Part shown: positions 33,564 to 44,071 of the stretch, one piece after another
How positions within the stretch are numbered: position 1 is the first letter of the stretch
How the letters are laid out: each line of letters begins with the position of its first letter
Assembly: GCA_965228855.1 (NCBI GenBank)
Contig: CBDDIJ010000003.1
Coordinates: 3,040,001-3,104,000 of the forward strand
Source: Candidatus Obscuribacterales bacterium
GTDB taxonomy: Bacteria > Cyanobacteriota > Vampirovibrionia > Obscuribacterales > Obscuribacteraceae
Length of the DNA: 64,000 nt
Direction: 5' to 3'
Program-made: the position numbers and the translations under genes
The notes under the pieces: generated by a model
What the model saw: only the letters and a program-made list of their open reading frames with translations
The model's database searches: none
What the model was told of the DNA's origin: nothing

Positions 33564-35573
33564 TCATTGTTCGTTCACATCGTACTCTCCGCCCTCTTCC
33601 GCGACCAGCGGAACCGGTGGATGAAGCGTGTTATAGATGCTCGCGGCCACATTTTTTGGAAGGCCGACCACCTTTTCCAGGTCCTCGAGCGACGCCTGGC
33701 GAATCTTCGACATGGTGCCGAAGTGGTTTAACAGAAGTTTGCGCCGCGCCTGCCCGACCCCCTTCAGGTCGTCGAGTTCGGACTTCAGAGAACGCTTCGC
33801 TCTGCGCTTTCTATGGAACGTGACGGCAAATCGATGAGCCTCATTTCGCACTCTTTGAAGCAGGAACAAAGCCTCACTTCGCCGGGAGAGCAGCACAGGA
33901 TCTGAGCGATGCGGAAAGAAAACCTCTTCGTGCCTCTTTGCTAAACCTACTATATCGAATTGCTTCATATCCAGACCGCGCGGAATCAGCTCGTCGAGGG
34001 CCTCCAGCGCGGCACCCAGTTGCCCCTTGCCGCCATCTATAATGATCAAGTCTGGGAACGCGCGACCTTCTTCGAGAATGCGAGAATAGCGCCTACCAAC
34101 AACTTCTTTCATCGAAGCGAAGTCGTTCGGCTCACCCTCGACTGATTTTATTTTGAACGTTCTATAGTCGCTCTTCTTTGGCATCCCTCGCTCGAATACG
34201 ACCATACTCGCGACGTTGTCCGTTCCCGAAATATTCGATATATCAAAACACTCGATGCGTTTTGGCAAATGACTGATACCAAGCTCTTCTTTTAGACGCG
34301 TCAAAACACTCTCAGTGCGTCCATCAGCGTCTTCGTCAATAGTAGAGATTTCCAACTCAAGGTTTTGCTGAGCATTTTTCCTTGCCATTTCAATCAAATT
34401 CATTTTCGGACCGCCGCGTTGTGGAACCAAAAGTTTCACAATGCGCTGAGCTTTTGCGCTGAGCAGCTCCTGAAGGGCATTCACATCTTCGAGTTCGTGC
34501 TGGACGAGAACTTCACCGGGAACGTAAACGTCCTCGCACTGCGCATAATACTGATCGACAAACGACTGAAACGCCTCATCCCAACCCGTTTTATCCGTGA
34601 GCGGAAGACAAACCGTTTCAGACGACACCAACTTCCCTTCACGCACGCGCATGATGCAGGCAGCCAACATTTTCTCTGTATGCGCCTCGGCGATGACATC
34701 ACTGCTCACTTTTCTGCTTTCAAAAAACACTTGCTGTTTTTCGATTACAGTTTCCAATGCCTTTAAACGGTCTCGAATCTTCGCGGCTTGCTCGAACTCC
34801 AGGTCTTCCGATGCCGACTGCATCTCCTGCGTGAGTTGTTGAACAACTTCAGTTTGTCGACCGGAAAGAAACAATTCCACCTGCTTAACCATAGCATCGT
34901 AAACTTGCTCTTCAACCAGGTTTCGGCAAGGCGCAAGACATAAACCAATGTAGTAGTTCATACAAGGTCTATCTTTGAACAAAGGCTTCTTTCGCTGTCG
35001 CATCGGAAAGACCTTGCGTAAGACGCGCACGGTTTCCCACATCTGACCGGTTTCAACATAAGGACCGAAGACTCTGTTTTTCGGATGAGTCTTCCGGTAA
35101 CTCACCGGATCACGCACCATAATCAACCGCGGGAAAGGAACATCGTACGTGATGGCGAGCCAGGGATATCGCCTGTCGTCCTTGAGCGCGATATTGTATT
35201 TCGGCATGTGCTGCCGGATCAGCGTCGCCTCCAGCAACAGCGCTTCCTTTTCCGAATGCGTGAGAATGGTGTCAATTCTCGAAACCTTCGGCATCATCAC
35301 ATACAGCTTAGGTCGCTCGCGCCATGACGCCTGGTTCCAATATGATTTCACGCGTGACTTTAGCGAAAGTGCCTTGCCGATGTAAACGATTGAGTTTGAG
35401 CTGTCCTTGAACAAATAGACGCCAGGCTGATCCGCAAGCATTGATAGCTGCAGTTTCAATTCGTCTGAGATATCGAGGTCGCCCATGTCTTGAGTCGTTG
35501 CTGACCGTTTAATTTTCTGCCCGAGTCGCTTGTAAGGGTCTTTGCGATTTTTCATTTTGGAAACTGGCGTCAT
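33564..35573 (-). CDS. uvrC: Excinuclease ABC subunit C
   Basis: PGVYLF...YIGKALSLKSRV GIY-YIG, UVR domain, RIECFDISN, PDLIIIDGGKGQL, RNEAHRFA, HhH. Confidence 0.97.
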   Translation of the reverse strand: MTPVSKMKNRKDPYKRLGQKIKRSATTQDMGDLDISDELKLQLSMLADQPGVYLFKDSSNSIVYIGKALSLKSRVKSYWNQASWRERPKLYVMMPKVSRIDTILTHSEKEALLLEATLIRQHMPKYNIALKDDRRYPWLAITYDVPFPRLIMVRDPVSYRKTHPKNRVFGPYVETGQMWETVRVLRKVFPMRQRKKPLFKDRPCMNYYIGLCLAPCRNLVEEQVYDAMVKQVELFLSGRQTEVVQQLTQEMQSASEDLEFEQAAKIRDRLKALETVIEKQQVFFESRKVSSDVIAEAHTEKMLAACIMRVREGKLVSSETVCLPLTDKTGWDEAFQSFVDQYYAQCEDVYVPGEVLVQHELEDVNALQELLSAKAQRIVKLLVPQRGGPKMNLIEMARKNAQQNLELEISTIDEDADGRTESVLTRLKEELGISHLPKRIECFDISNISGTDNVASMVVFERGMPKKSDYRTFKIKSVEGEPNDFASMKEVVGRRYSRILEEGRAFPDLIIIDGGKGQLGAALEALDELIPRGLDMKQFDIVGLAKRHEEVFFPHRSDPVLLSRRSEALFLLQRVRNEAHRFAVTFHRKRRAKRSLKSELDDLKGVGQARRKLLLNHFGTMSKIRQASLEDLEKVVGLPKNVAASIYNTLHPPVPLVAEEGGEYDVNEQ

Positions 35574-35734
35574 TCGGACTGCGGACAGCCCACGACAAAC
35601 TATCGCTGTTCACATCATATTCAGATTTTACTAGGCTCGGAACCTTTAGCAATTAAAGATTCATTGTTCTTTCAAGGCTGGACGTTTAACTGGCTCGGCG
35701 CGACCCTCAAAGACGGCTCTGTACTGAAAACGAT

Positions 35735-37240
35735 TTACATGAACGGTTTCATGTCCAGCGGAAAATCTTTGTCTTGCATTGCCGCCGCGAACACCGCGTC
35801 ATCTTTCTTCTTCTCTGATTTCGAGAAATCGATTCCCGGCATAGCTATGAGAAGCGCCTCTGTCAATGTTTCCACACCAATAACTTCCATCTGTTTAGAC
35901 CGAATATTAATCGGCAGATTGCACTTAGGCACAATTGCTCGTTTGAAACCCAGACGAGCCGCCTCTTTCACGCGATGCTCCAGCATCACGACAGGACGAA
36001 CTTCGCCTGTCAATCCAACTTCGCCAATAAAAATTGTAGACGAATCCACGGATCGATCCAGAAGCGAAGTAGCGATGGCAACGCCTACGCCAAGATCACC
36101 GGCTGGATCATCGATGTCGATGCCGCCGACGATGTTGACGTAAATGTCGGCGCGAGCAAGACCTAGACCGACCTTCTTTTCGAGAACAGCAATCAGCTGC
36201 AGAAGCCTGTTGCTATCCCATCCATTCGCCAACCGACGAGGCGCAGAATAAGTAGTGACGCTAACCAGGGCTTGAACTTCCAACAGCAATGTCCGGCTAC
36301 CTTCGCCGGTCGCGATTACGGCCGTACCGGAAGGCGCTTGTCTGGATCCCATTTTGTTTAAGCGGTCACCAAGCAGAAACTCGCTTGGATTGCCGACCTC
36401 GTTCAATCCACCTTCCGTCATCGAGAAGATCGCAATCTCTGAAGTGGAACCGAATCTGTTTTTGTTCGGTCGCAAAATTCGCAATTGGCGAGTGCGATCG
36501 CCCTCGAAGTGAAGCACGACATCGACCATGTGTTCCAGGATTCGAGGTCCTGCGATCGAACCCTCTTTGGTTACATGCCCGACCAGAATGGTGGCAATAT
36601 TCGCTGCCTTAGCGGAGTTGATTATGATTTGCGCAGACTCCCGAACCTGGCTCACTGAGCCAGCCGCACTCGTTATGTCTCTATGAAAAATCGACTGGAT
36701 ACTATCGATGATCGCGACACCGTTGGAGAACTCTTGCATCGTCTCCGAAATTTTCACCGAGTCCTGTTGCGTGTCGACATGAACGCGCGAATCCTGCATG
36801 TTGAGCCGACTCGCACGCAACTTAACTTGCATCGCGGATTCCTCGCCGGCAACATAGAGAACCTCCTTCTCTGCGCTGACGTGTCGAGCAACCTGCAACA
36901 GTAGGGTCGACTTTCCGATACCAGGATCACCGGCGAGAAGAATCACTGCTCCGGGAACGAAACCGCCGCCGAGCACCTCATCCAATCCAGGGATCCCGGT
37001 GAATATACGTTCGGAGTGCGACGCCTTAAGATCTTGTAAGAGGGTTGGTTTAGTCGATTCCTGACCGTCGGATGACAAAACCGAGCGAGTCACGTTTTTC
37101 GAGAAAGCGCTCTGGCTGTCGAGCGAGGAAACCTCCTCGACCATGGAACCCCAGCTGCCGCATTCCGTGCAACGCCCCAGGAATCCGGATGTTTGAAAAC
37201 CGCATCCCTGACAGGTCCAGCGAGATCGCGCCTTGGCCAT
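35735..37240 (-). CDS. radA: DNA repair protein RadA/Sms
   Basis: C4 zinc finger, GDPGIGKSTLL, IDSIQ, GHVTKEG, KNRFG motif, Lon-like C-terminus. Confidence 0.97.
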   Translation of the reverse strand: MAKARSRWTCQGCGFQTSGFLGRCTECGSWGSMVEEVSSLDSQSAFSKNVTRSVLSSDGQESTKPTLLQDLKASHSERIFTGIPGLDEVLGGGFVPGAVILLAGDPGIGKSTLLLQVARHVSAEKEVLYVAGEESAMQVKLRASRLNMQDSRVHVDTQQDSVKISETMQEFSNGVAIIDSIQSIFHRDITSAAGSVSQVRESAQIIINSAKAANIATILVGHVTKEGSIAGPRILEHMVDVVLHFEGDRTRQLRILRPNKNRFGSTSEIAIFSMTEGGLNEVGNPSEFLLGDRLNKMGSRQAPSGTAVIATGEGSRTLLLEVQALVSVTTYSAPRRLANGWDSNRLLQLIAVLEKKVGLGLARADIYVNIVGGIDIDDPAGDLGVGVAIATSLLDRSVDSSTIFIGEVGLTGEVRPVVMLEHRVKEAARLGFKRAIVPKCNLPINIRSKQMEVIGVETLTEALLIAMPGIDFSKSEKKKDDAVFAAAMQDKDFPLDMKPFM

Positions 37241-37455
37241 AAACACCTCCGTATGGTGCCACCATTTTAGCCGGTGTTGCGGATCGTTCCGTTACAGTGA
37301 TGTCATTCTAAATTCGGACATAGCGCGCATATATACTCGAAACTGAAGGGAAGCGGAATGGAAACGGAATGATTAATGCGTTGTGTTAGAAACCTAGCCG
37401 TTTCCGAAAGCGTTCGTTTGCTATAAAGGAAGCGTAAGAAAGGGAGCCTCTTTGC

Positions 37456-38271
37456 ATGCACTTTCAGTCGCCTGGCGCGTTCGTTATAAACGTCGGCTTC
37501 GTAACCATCCGCTGGTATGGTTTGCTCATCGCGACCGGATTTGTGATAGCCGCTATCATGGCGCACCATCTGGCGCGCCGATGGAAACTAGATCCGGAGC
37601 AAGTGACGAACCTCTGTCTCATTTCGTTCATCGGTGGCATCATCGGGGGACGTCTCTACTTCGTCGCTTTGAACTGGTCTAGCTTCTGGTCACAGCCACT
37701 CGAAATATTTGCGATGTGGCACGGAGGAATGTCAATTCATGGTGGTATCATCGGCGGTTTCTTAACCGCTGCAATTTATAGTCGCATCGCTAAACTTCCT
37801 GTGCTTCGCTGCTTCGATCTCGGCGGCTGCGTCATGCCTCTGGCGCAAGCAATCGGCCGCTGGGGAAACTTCTTCAATTCCGAGGCCTTCGGACAACCGG
37901 TGCCGGACAACTTTCCGTTGAAACTCTTTATTCCTAGAGAATCGAGACCCTATCAGTATTTCAATCACGAGTATTTCCATCCGACCTTTCTGTACGAATC
38001 GATTTGGAACCTGCTCATCTTTCTGTTTCTCTATCACTTCGCATCGAAGAAACTCTACAAATACCCGGGTCTCACGTTTCTCCTCTACATCGATCTGTAC
38101 TCCCTGGGCCGCTTGATGATCGAACCAATCCGCGTCGACAGCATCATGGCCGGCGAAACCCCAGTCCCAATCATAGCCAGCGCCGCCAGCCTAATCATCG
38201 CGAGCATCCTGTTTCTTGCTCTCCTCGCCTACTACAAGAAAAAAGGCATCACCGTCCCCATCCCGGACTAA
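37456..38271 (+). CDS. lgt: Prolipoprotein diacylglyceryl transferase
   Basis: IRWYG, GGRLYFV, GGMSIHGG, QAIGRWGNFFNSEAFG, HPTFLYES. Confidence 0.97.
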   Translation: MHFQSPGAFVINVGFVTIRWYGLLIATGFVIAAIMAHHLARRWKLDPEQVTNLCLISFIGGIIGGRLYFVALNWSSFWSQPLEIFAMWHGGMSIHGGIIGGFLTAAIYSRIAKLPVLRCFDLGGCVMPLAQAIGRWGNFFNSEAFGQPVPDNFPLKLFIPRESRPYQYFNHEYFHPTFLYESIWNLLIFLFLYHFASKKLYKYPGLTFLLYIDLYSLGRLMIEPIRVDSIMAGETPVPIIASAASLIIASILFLALLAYYKKKGITVPIPD

Positions 38272-38277
38272 GTCCCT

Positions 38278-38984
38278 CCCTACTATAACCGACGGTAGCA
38301 CCAGTTACCAAAGACTGGCTCAACGCAGGCATTTCCAGCCCTCGCCCCGAGACGGATTATTTTAAAGCTAGCCTTTGGCTACGACAGATAGACGCTTTTC
38401 GCGAACACGATCTATCTACTATAATCGACGGTAGTACCAGTTACCAAAAACTGGCTCAGCGCAGGCATTTCCAGTCCTCGTCCCAAGAGGGCGTATTCAA
38501 AAACTAGCGTTTGGCTACGACAGATAGACGCTTTTCGCGAAATCCGGCATCGCACGATAGCCAAAAATCATCCCTACTATAGAGCCCAGCAGGCTTATTC
38601 CTCAGAAAGGCTCATCTCCACGCGCTTCTCCGCCTTCACTACAAATGGCCAGTGCCCAAAGATAGCGTTTGGCTACGACAGATAGACGCTTTTCGCGAAA
38701 TCCGGCATCGCTGGATAGCCAAACACCCCCCAACATCCCTACTATAGAGCCAAGCAGGCTCAATCCGCAGAAAGGCTCCCCTCCGCGCGCTTCTCCGCCT
38801 TCATTACAAATGGCCAGTGCCCAAAGACAGCCTTTGGCTACGAGAGATAGACGCTTTTCGCGAAATCCGGCATCGCTGGATAGCCAAAAACAACTTTCTG
38901 ACTAGTCCTTCTCGATGGTACCGTTGAAAACCTTCCCGACGACGCGTTCTACGGTCGGAGGTCATCCTAACTCGTATAGTAGGG
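38278..38984. repeat. Intergenic array of four ~140-165-bp units with 56-bp palindromic cores (AABB), bounded by a 10-bp inverted repeat
   Basis: Core TTTGGCTACGACAGATAGACGCTTTTCGCGAAATCCGGCATCGCTGGATAGCCAAA at 38374 (truncated), 38510, 38668, 38833; (CC)CTACTATA at 38278, 38416, 38572, 38737; TATAGTAGGG at 38975. Confidence 0.92.
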
Positions 38985-39024
38985 TGCCCGGGGGCATCGC
39001 TGGATAGGCCCGAGCAAGAAGCGC

Positions 39025-42000
39025 TTAGCGTTTCTTGCCTGGCGCGGCTGGGGCGACACGCTTCAAGCCATCTTTGACGGCTGCAGCGTTCGCGCCTGCG
39101 GGCTGCAATTGCAAGTACTTCGTATAGTCCTTGCGAGCAGCTTCGTTTTGCTTCAGGTCCTCGTAGATCAAGCCGCGATAGTAGTAGGCATCGGCAAGAG
39201 TCGCATTCTTGTTGATTGCCGCGGTGTATTCCTGCAACGCACCAGTATTGTCGTTATTGGCTTGCAGAGCCGTTCCGAGGTTGAGGTGGGTGCTGGCGTC
39301 GTCGTTGATCTTGAGAGCAGCGCGGTAGTCAGCGATAGCTCCGGCGAGATCGTACTTACCGTCAGGCAATGCTGTCGTCTGCTTCTTGATAGCGCTGTCG
39401 ATGAGCGGTTGAGCTTGGAACGCCCGCAGGTTAGTTGCAGCTTCTTTGTAAGCCTTCTCTTGCGGAGCAAGCGAGATAGCTTTGTCGTAATCAGCCAGAG
39501 CGGATGCGATATCGTTCTTACTCTCGTCGTTACGAGCTTGATAGCAAGTACCACGCGCGTAGTAGTAGGCTGCTTCGCTGGGCGATGCTGTAATAGCTTT
39601 GCCGTAGGCCGCCAGCGCATCGTCGTATTTTTGTTCGCCCTGCAACTTGATCGCATCGTTGTATGCTTGTTGCGTTTCCGCCGTTTGCGCTTGTTGCGCA
39701 GCGGTCTGAATCTTCTGCAGATTCGTCGGGTTTGCCTTGATGTCTTTCAAGCGCTGTTCAGCCTGGGCTCGGAATCCACCACTGGGCGATACCTGGATGT
39801 ATTGCGTGTAGTGCATGAGCGCATTACTTGCATTGCCGTCGTTCTCATCCAGCACACCCAGGAAATACAGGTTGTCGGCTTTCGCTTTGCCGCCAATCTT
39901 GTAGCCCTGCTCGTAACCGTTTCGCGCCTTAGCAAAGTCGCCGAGATTCTGATAGCTAGCGCCCAAGAATGTCCAGGCGTCAGCATTGTTGGGAGTAATC
40001 TTCAAGGCTGCGTCATACTTTTGAGCCGCAGTTTGGAAGTCGCTCGCCGCATATGCTTTGTTAGCTTCGTCAATTAGCGGCGCAGCATCGGCCTCAGTCA
40101 AACCTGTCAGCAAGTCATTAATTTGCTTAATCTGGTCTTTGTTTTTAGTGAGCGCAAGCGCCTTTTGATAGTAGGTCTTCGCATTTGCGTTGTCGCCTTT
40201 ACCCTGGTAAGCAGTTCCTATCGCGAACGGATAAGCGAACTCTGTTGGAACAGCTGCAGCAGCTTTCTGATACTCAGCAATTGCTTCGTCGAACTTCGAG
40301 TCTTTCTGCAACTGCATACCAGCGTTGTAGGAGTCCTCTGCAATCTTTGCGTTTGCAAGTTCACCCTGCGTAGCCAATTTCTGCGTGTCCGTTACGTTCT
40401 TCTTCAGCGCATCCCAGCGTGATTTAGCCGCAGTGTAATACGCACCACCGGTGCCGGCAGCCTTGATGTATCTGTCGTACAGCTCGAATGCAGATTGACC
40501 CTTGCCAAAGTTTTCGTCAATCACACCCATGAGATACAAGTTACCGACTTCATTCTTAGAGTCAGTGTCGAAGCCTTTCTTATAAGCATCTCTTGCTTTT
40601 TCAAACTGGTCTGTTTGCTGATACGCACTACCAAGGTTCGTCCACAACTTACCATTCTCTGGTATCAGCTGTAGTGCCTGCAAATACATTGAAATCGCGC
40701 CTGCGTTATCGCCATCTTGCTGCTTCTTAACAGCGGCATCAACAATTGGCTGCGCTTTATCCTGGTTCGCAGACTGAATTGCCTCGTCCATGATTTTGTT
40801 GTCGCCTTTCGCGTTCAGCGACTTCGCTTTCTGATACTGCGCGATAGCCTCATCGTACTTGTCCATCGCTTGCAACAGTGTACCTAAACCATAGACGAAG
40901 TCCGGGTTATTCGGCATGTTCTGAATTGCTGTTTGATAGAGCGGAAGCGCCTGGTCGTATTGGTTTTGCTTCTGCAATGCGACTGCCTTTTGGAAAGCAT
41001 CAAACGCGGCTGTTTCCTTCGCGCGATCTTCTTCTGATTTGATCTTGATCGTGGCGGTTATATCTTTGCGAAGAGCAGCAATTCTCTCGTTAGCCTCTTT
41101 TACGTAGGTGCCGTTAGGCGCCTTCTGAATGTAGGTAGAGTAATCCGTTAACGCTTTCGTTCCGTTTCCATTGTTCTCATCAATGGTGCCGATGAAGTAG
41201 AGAACATCCACACGACCTTTCGGATCGAGGTCATATGCTTTCTGATACGACTGCTCGGCGCGGTTGTAATCGAGATAAGAATACTGAGCGGCACCAAGGT
41301 TGTACCAAACCTCATCATTCTTATCGCGGATCTTCAAATATTCTTGGTACGCAGGAATTGCTTCGGCGTATTTTTTCTCTTTGTGCAACGCGAGAGCTTT
41401 GTCGAGAAGCGGCTGCGCCTTCAAGTCCATCGCCTCATCGTACGCGTCGGCGTAACTCTGGTTCTTCTGATCCAGCGACTTGGCAGCGGCGTATTCGCGC
41501 AGCGCAGAGTCTAGATCTTTCTTGGCTTGATACGCGGCACCAAGGTTGAAGTGAACACCCGCATCTTTGTTGTCGATCTTCAGCAACTCGAGATACGCTG
41601 CAATCGCCTCGTCGTATCGACCCGCTTTGAACGCGTCGTTACCAGATTTTCCGAGCGCGTCGATACGCTGATCTTGTTGCGCATCGGTTGCAGTCTGAAT
41701 ACCTTTAATAGCGTCGGCGTTATCCTTTTTGAAGTTGAGCGCTTGCTTGTAGGCTTTGATCGCGTTCGGATAATCCTTCATCGCCTGGTAAACCGTACCC
41801 AGGTTGACCCAGATGGTGTCATCGTTAGGAGACAACTTCAACGCCATCAAGTACTGATCCAGCGCTTGTTTAAACTTGCCACCAGTCTGATACTCGTAAC
41901 CCAAGTTGATCAAATTGTCGACTTGAGCTTTCTTCTTAGCGTCATCGAGCTTAGCAAGAAGCGCTTGAGCAGTAGGGTTTTGTGTCCCCTTGGATAAACG

Positions 42001-42852
42001 GATCGCAGCGAGATATTCTTCCTTCGCTTGATCGAAATCACCTTTATATTGGAACGCTTGTCCCAAACCGACGTGGTTATCCGGCGAAAGCGGATTGGCT
42101 TTGACAGCCTCTCCCCAGGCAGCGACGAGCGCATCGAGCACATCGGGATCGGTCGAGTTCAACTTCAGAGCTCTACCGAGGGCACCAATGGCGGTGGCAA
42201 CATCATTCTTTGCCATGTAGGCACGCGCCAGTTTCACTTCCAGAATAGCAGAATCCTTGATGCGAATTCCGTTCTGATACTCAGTGATCGCCTTATCGTA
42301 TTTTTGAATGAAACTGTAGATATCGCCTAGCTTTTCACGAACTCCCGGATCGTCTTTGATTAGCAAAGCCGCCTGGTATTCAACAATCGGTCCCGCCCAA
42401 TCTTGTGGCGAACGCACCTGCTTTCTCGCGTCGTCACCGAGGTCGACGCGATCCTGGAAGCTGTTTGGATCACGATTCAAACTCGAGATAACGATGCCCA
42501 AGTTTTTCTTTGTGACCAGGTTGGTCGGATCGAGGTAAAAGGCTTTGTGGAAATACTTGATTGCCTCGGCATAGTTCTTGTTTTGAGCGAGTCCCAAACC
42601 ATAGTTGTTGTAGGCGATACCCAGATTGGAGCTTGCTTTTTTGTAAGCAGGGTCAAGCTTCACCGCGGCTTCAAGTTTTTGAAACGCCAATGGATAGTTC
42701 TTCGCCTCAAGCGCGCGCACGCCCTGGTTGTTCAAATCAACGGCGCCCGGGTCGCCTTGATAGTCCTGCGCACCCGCTACAGTAGCCAATTGAGAACTGA
42801 GAAGGGATGCAAGCGCAAGAGCCAGTGCCTGTTTTTTCTGATTTCCGTGCAT
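39025..42852 (-). CDS. Large secreted multi-TPR protein
   Basis: Signal peptide (AGA|Q); many TPR motifs (NLGxAY, YxxALxLxP). Confidence 0.9.
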   Translation of the reverse strand: MHGNQKKQALALALASLLSSQLATVAGAQDYQGDPGAVDLNNQGVRALEAKNYPLAFQKLEAAVKLDPAYKKASSNLGIAYNNYGLGLAQNKNYAEAIKYFHKAFYLDPTNLVTKKNLGIVISSLNRDPNSFQDRVDLGDDARKQVRSPQDWAGPIVEYQAALLIKDDPGVREKLGDIYSFIQKYDKAITEYQNGIRIKDSAILEVKLARAYMAKNDVATAIGALGRALKLNSTDPDVLDALVAAWGEAVKANPLSPDNHVGLGQAFQYKGDFDQAKEEYLAAIRLSKGTQNPTAQALLAKLDDAKKKAQVDNLINLGYEYQTGGKFKQALDQYLMALKLSPNDDTIWVNLGTVYQAMKDYPNAIKAYKQALNFKKDNADAIKGIQTATDAQQDQRIDALGKSGNDAFKAGRYDEAIAAYLELLKIDNKDAGVHFNLGAAYQAKKDLDSALREYAAAKSLDQKNQSYADAYDEAMDLKAQPLLDKALALHKEKKYAEAIPAYQEYLKIRDKNDEVWYNLGAAQYSYLDYNRAEQSYQKAYDLDPKGRVDVLYFIGTIDENNGNGTKALTDYSTYIQKAPNGTYVKEANERIAALRKDITATIKIKSEEDRAKETAAFDAFQKAVALQKQNQYDQALPLYQTAIQNMPNNPDFVYGLGTLLQAMDKYDEAIAQYQKAKSLNAKGDNKIMDEAIQSANQDKAQPIVDAAVKKQQDGDNAGAISMYLQALQLIPENGKLWTNLGSAYQQTDQFEKARDAYKKGFDTDSKNEVGNLYLMGVIDENFGKGQSAFELYDRYIKAAGTGGAYYTAAKSRWDALKKNVTDTQKLATQGELANAKIAEDSYNAGMQLQKDSKFDEAIAEYQKAAAAVPTEFAYPFAIGTAYQGKGDNANAKTYYQKALALTKNKDQIKQINDLLTGLTEADAAPLIDEANKAYAASDFQTAAQKYDAALKITPNNADAWTFLGASYQNLGDFAKARNGYEQGYKIGGKAKADNLYFLGVLDENDGNASNALMHYTQYIQVSPSGGFRAQAEQRLKDIKANPTNLQKIQTAAQQAQTAETQQAYNDAIKLQGEQKYDDALAAYGKAITASPSEAAYYYARGTCYQARNDESKNDIASALADYDKAISLAPQEKAYKEAATNLRAFQAQPLIDSAIKKQTTALPDGKYDLAGAIADYRAALKINDDASTHLNLGTALQANNDNTGALQEYTAAINKNATLADAYYYRGLIYEDLKQNEAARKDYTKYLQLQPAGANAAAVKDGLKRVAPAAPGKKR

Positions 42853-43109
42853 CGTAAACCGGTTACCACCTATCGAAACTGCCTATTACTCATGACATTT
42901 AGTAAGAAATTCACCTATGGATTCTAAAGGATTCAGCAAGAACATAAATGGGCTTTCTCCTAGAAAGATGAAAGTGTTTATAAACCGAAGTTGTCAGAAG
43001 TCCGCACACCCCGTCAACCAGGCTGTGCGTCTGGTCGCAACCAGCATGTCAAGGACAGACGGTCCTGCCCCAACTTTGTTTCTTCTCAAAAACCTTTCGC
43101 GAGCTTCGT

Positions 43110-43700
43110 TTAATAGTGCGGTTCGATCAAACCGAAGTTGCCGTCGCGACGGTGATAAAGCGTGCTGACCTTGCCGGTTTCCGCATTGATGAACATGAAG
43201 AACTCGTGCTCGAGCAAATCGATATGTTTGCAAGCCTCATCAGGCATCATGGTTTCAAGCTTGATCTGATTGGAGCGCACAATCTTGGGACCAACGATCT
43301 CGATTGAGAAGTCCTGTTCTTCTCCTTCTCCGGCACCTTCATTCTCCAGCTCCTCCTCGGTGACGACTCGGAGATGGCGATCCTTGCTCTTCTGATGACC
43401 TTTGGTTGAATATCGCGTCTTGTATTTGCGCAGCTGGCGCTCGATTTTGTCAGCAACAAAGTCGATTGAAGCGTACATGTTTTCCGTCGATTCCGCGCCT
43501 CGGATAGTCTGTCCATTCAATTGCACAGTCACTTCGGCAGTCTGACTCTTGGCAATAGATGGATTCTTCGCAACGCTCAGCATCGCCTTACAGTGGATCT
43601 CATGGTCGAAGTGCTTCTGCGCGCGCTGAAGCTTATCGATCACGTAGTCCTTAAGTGCGGACGTAACTTCAATGTTGCGACCAGTAACCGTGACTTGCAT
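43110..43700 (-). CDS. hpf: Ribosome hibernation promoting factor (long HPF / RaiA / LrtA)
   Basis: MQVTVTGRNIEVTSALKDY, NMYASID...KIERQLRKYK, C-terminal FFMFINAETG..LYHRRDGNFGLIEP; GGAGG SD before ATG 43700. Confidence 0.95.
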   Translation of the reverse strand: MQVTVTGRNIEVTSALKDYVIDKLQRAQKHFDHEIHCKAMLSVAKNPSIAKSQTAEVTVQLNGQTIRGAESTENMYASIDFVADKIERQLRKYKTRYSTKGHQKSKDRHLRVVTEEELENEGAGEGEEQDFSIEIVGPKIVRSNQIKLETMMPDEACKHIDLLEHEFFMFINAETGKVSTLYHRRDGNFGLIEPHY

Positions 43701-44071
43701 GGGCAATCCTCCCTGGAGAACTGGGGTTTGTCAGGAAACACCAACGCCTCCCGATCGAATCATCTCGAATGAAACGAGACTTCGATCGCGGAGGGCGCGA
43801 ATAACTTTGAATCCGGTAGTTTGGTAGTTTGTTTTATTGGTTGAAAACATCAAACGCCTTTCGAAGGAAACCCTCTTGAATAGCGAGGCTCCCTGCAAAA
43901 GAAAACGGCAGCAAATGAGTTATCGTGTACGAAACTCATCTATATTCATGCTAAATATCATACGCCTCTTTCAAGGATCGCGATAGCCTTGCAAGTGCAG
44001 AAACAGAAAAATTTTCCGCAGTGCTCAGAAAGAAGACAGAGCTTGCCTCCAGCAAGGTCGCCCGCGATTAT

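Noticed and set aside
38278..38888. CRISPR array or integron attC cassette array
   Set aside because: Spacers are duplicated and too long; cores lack RYYYAAC/GTTRRRY ends; no integrase or cassette ORFs.
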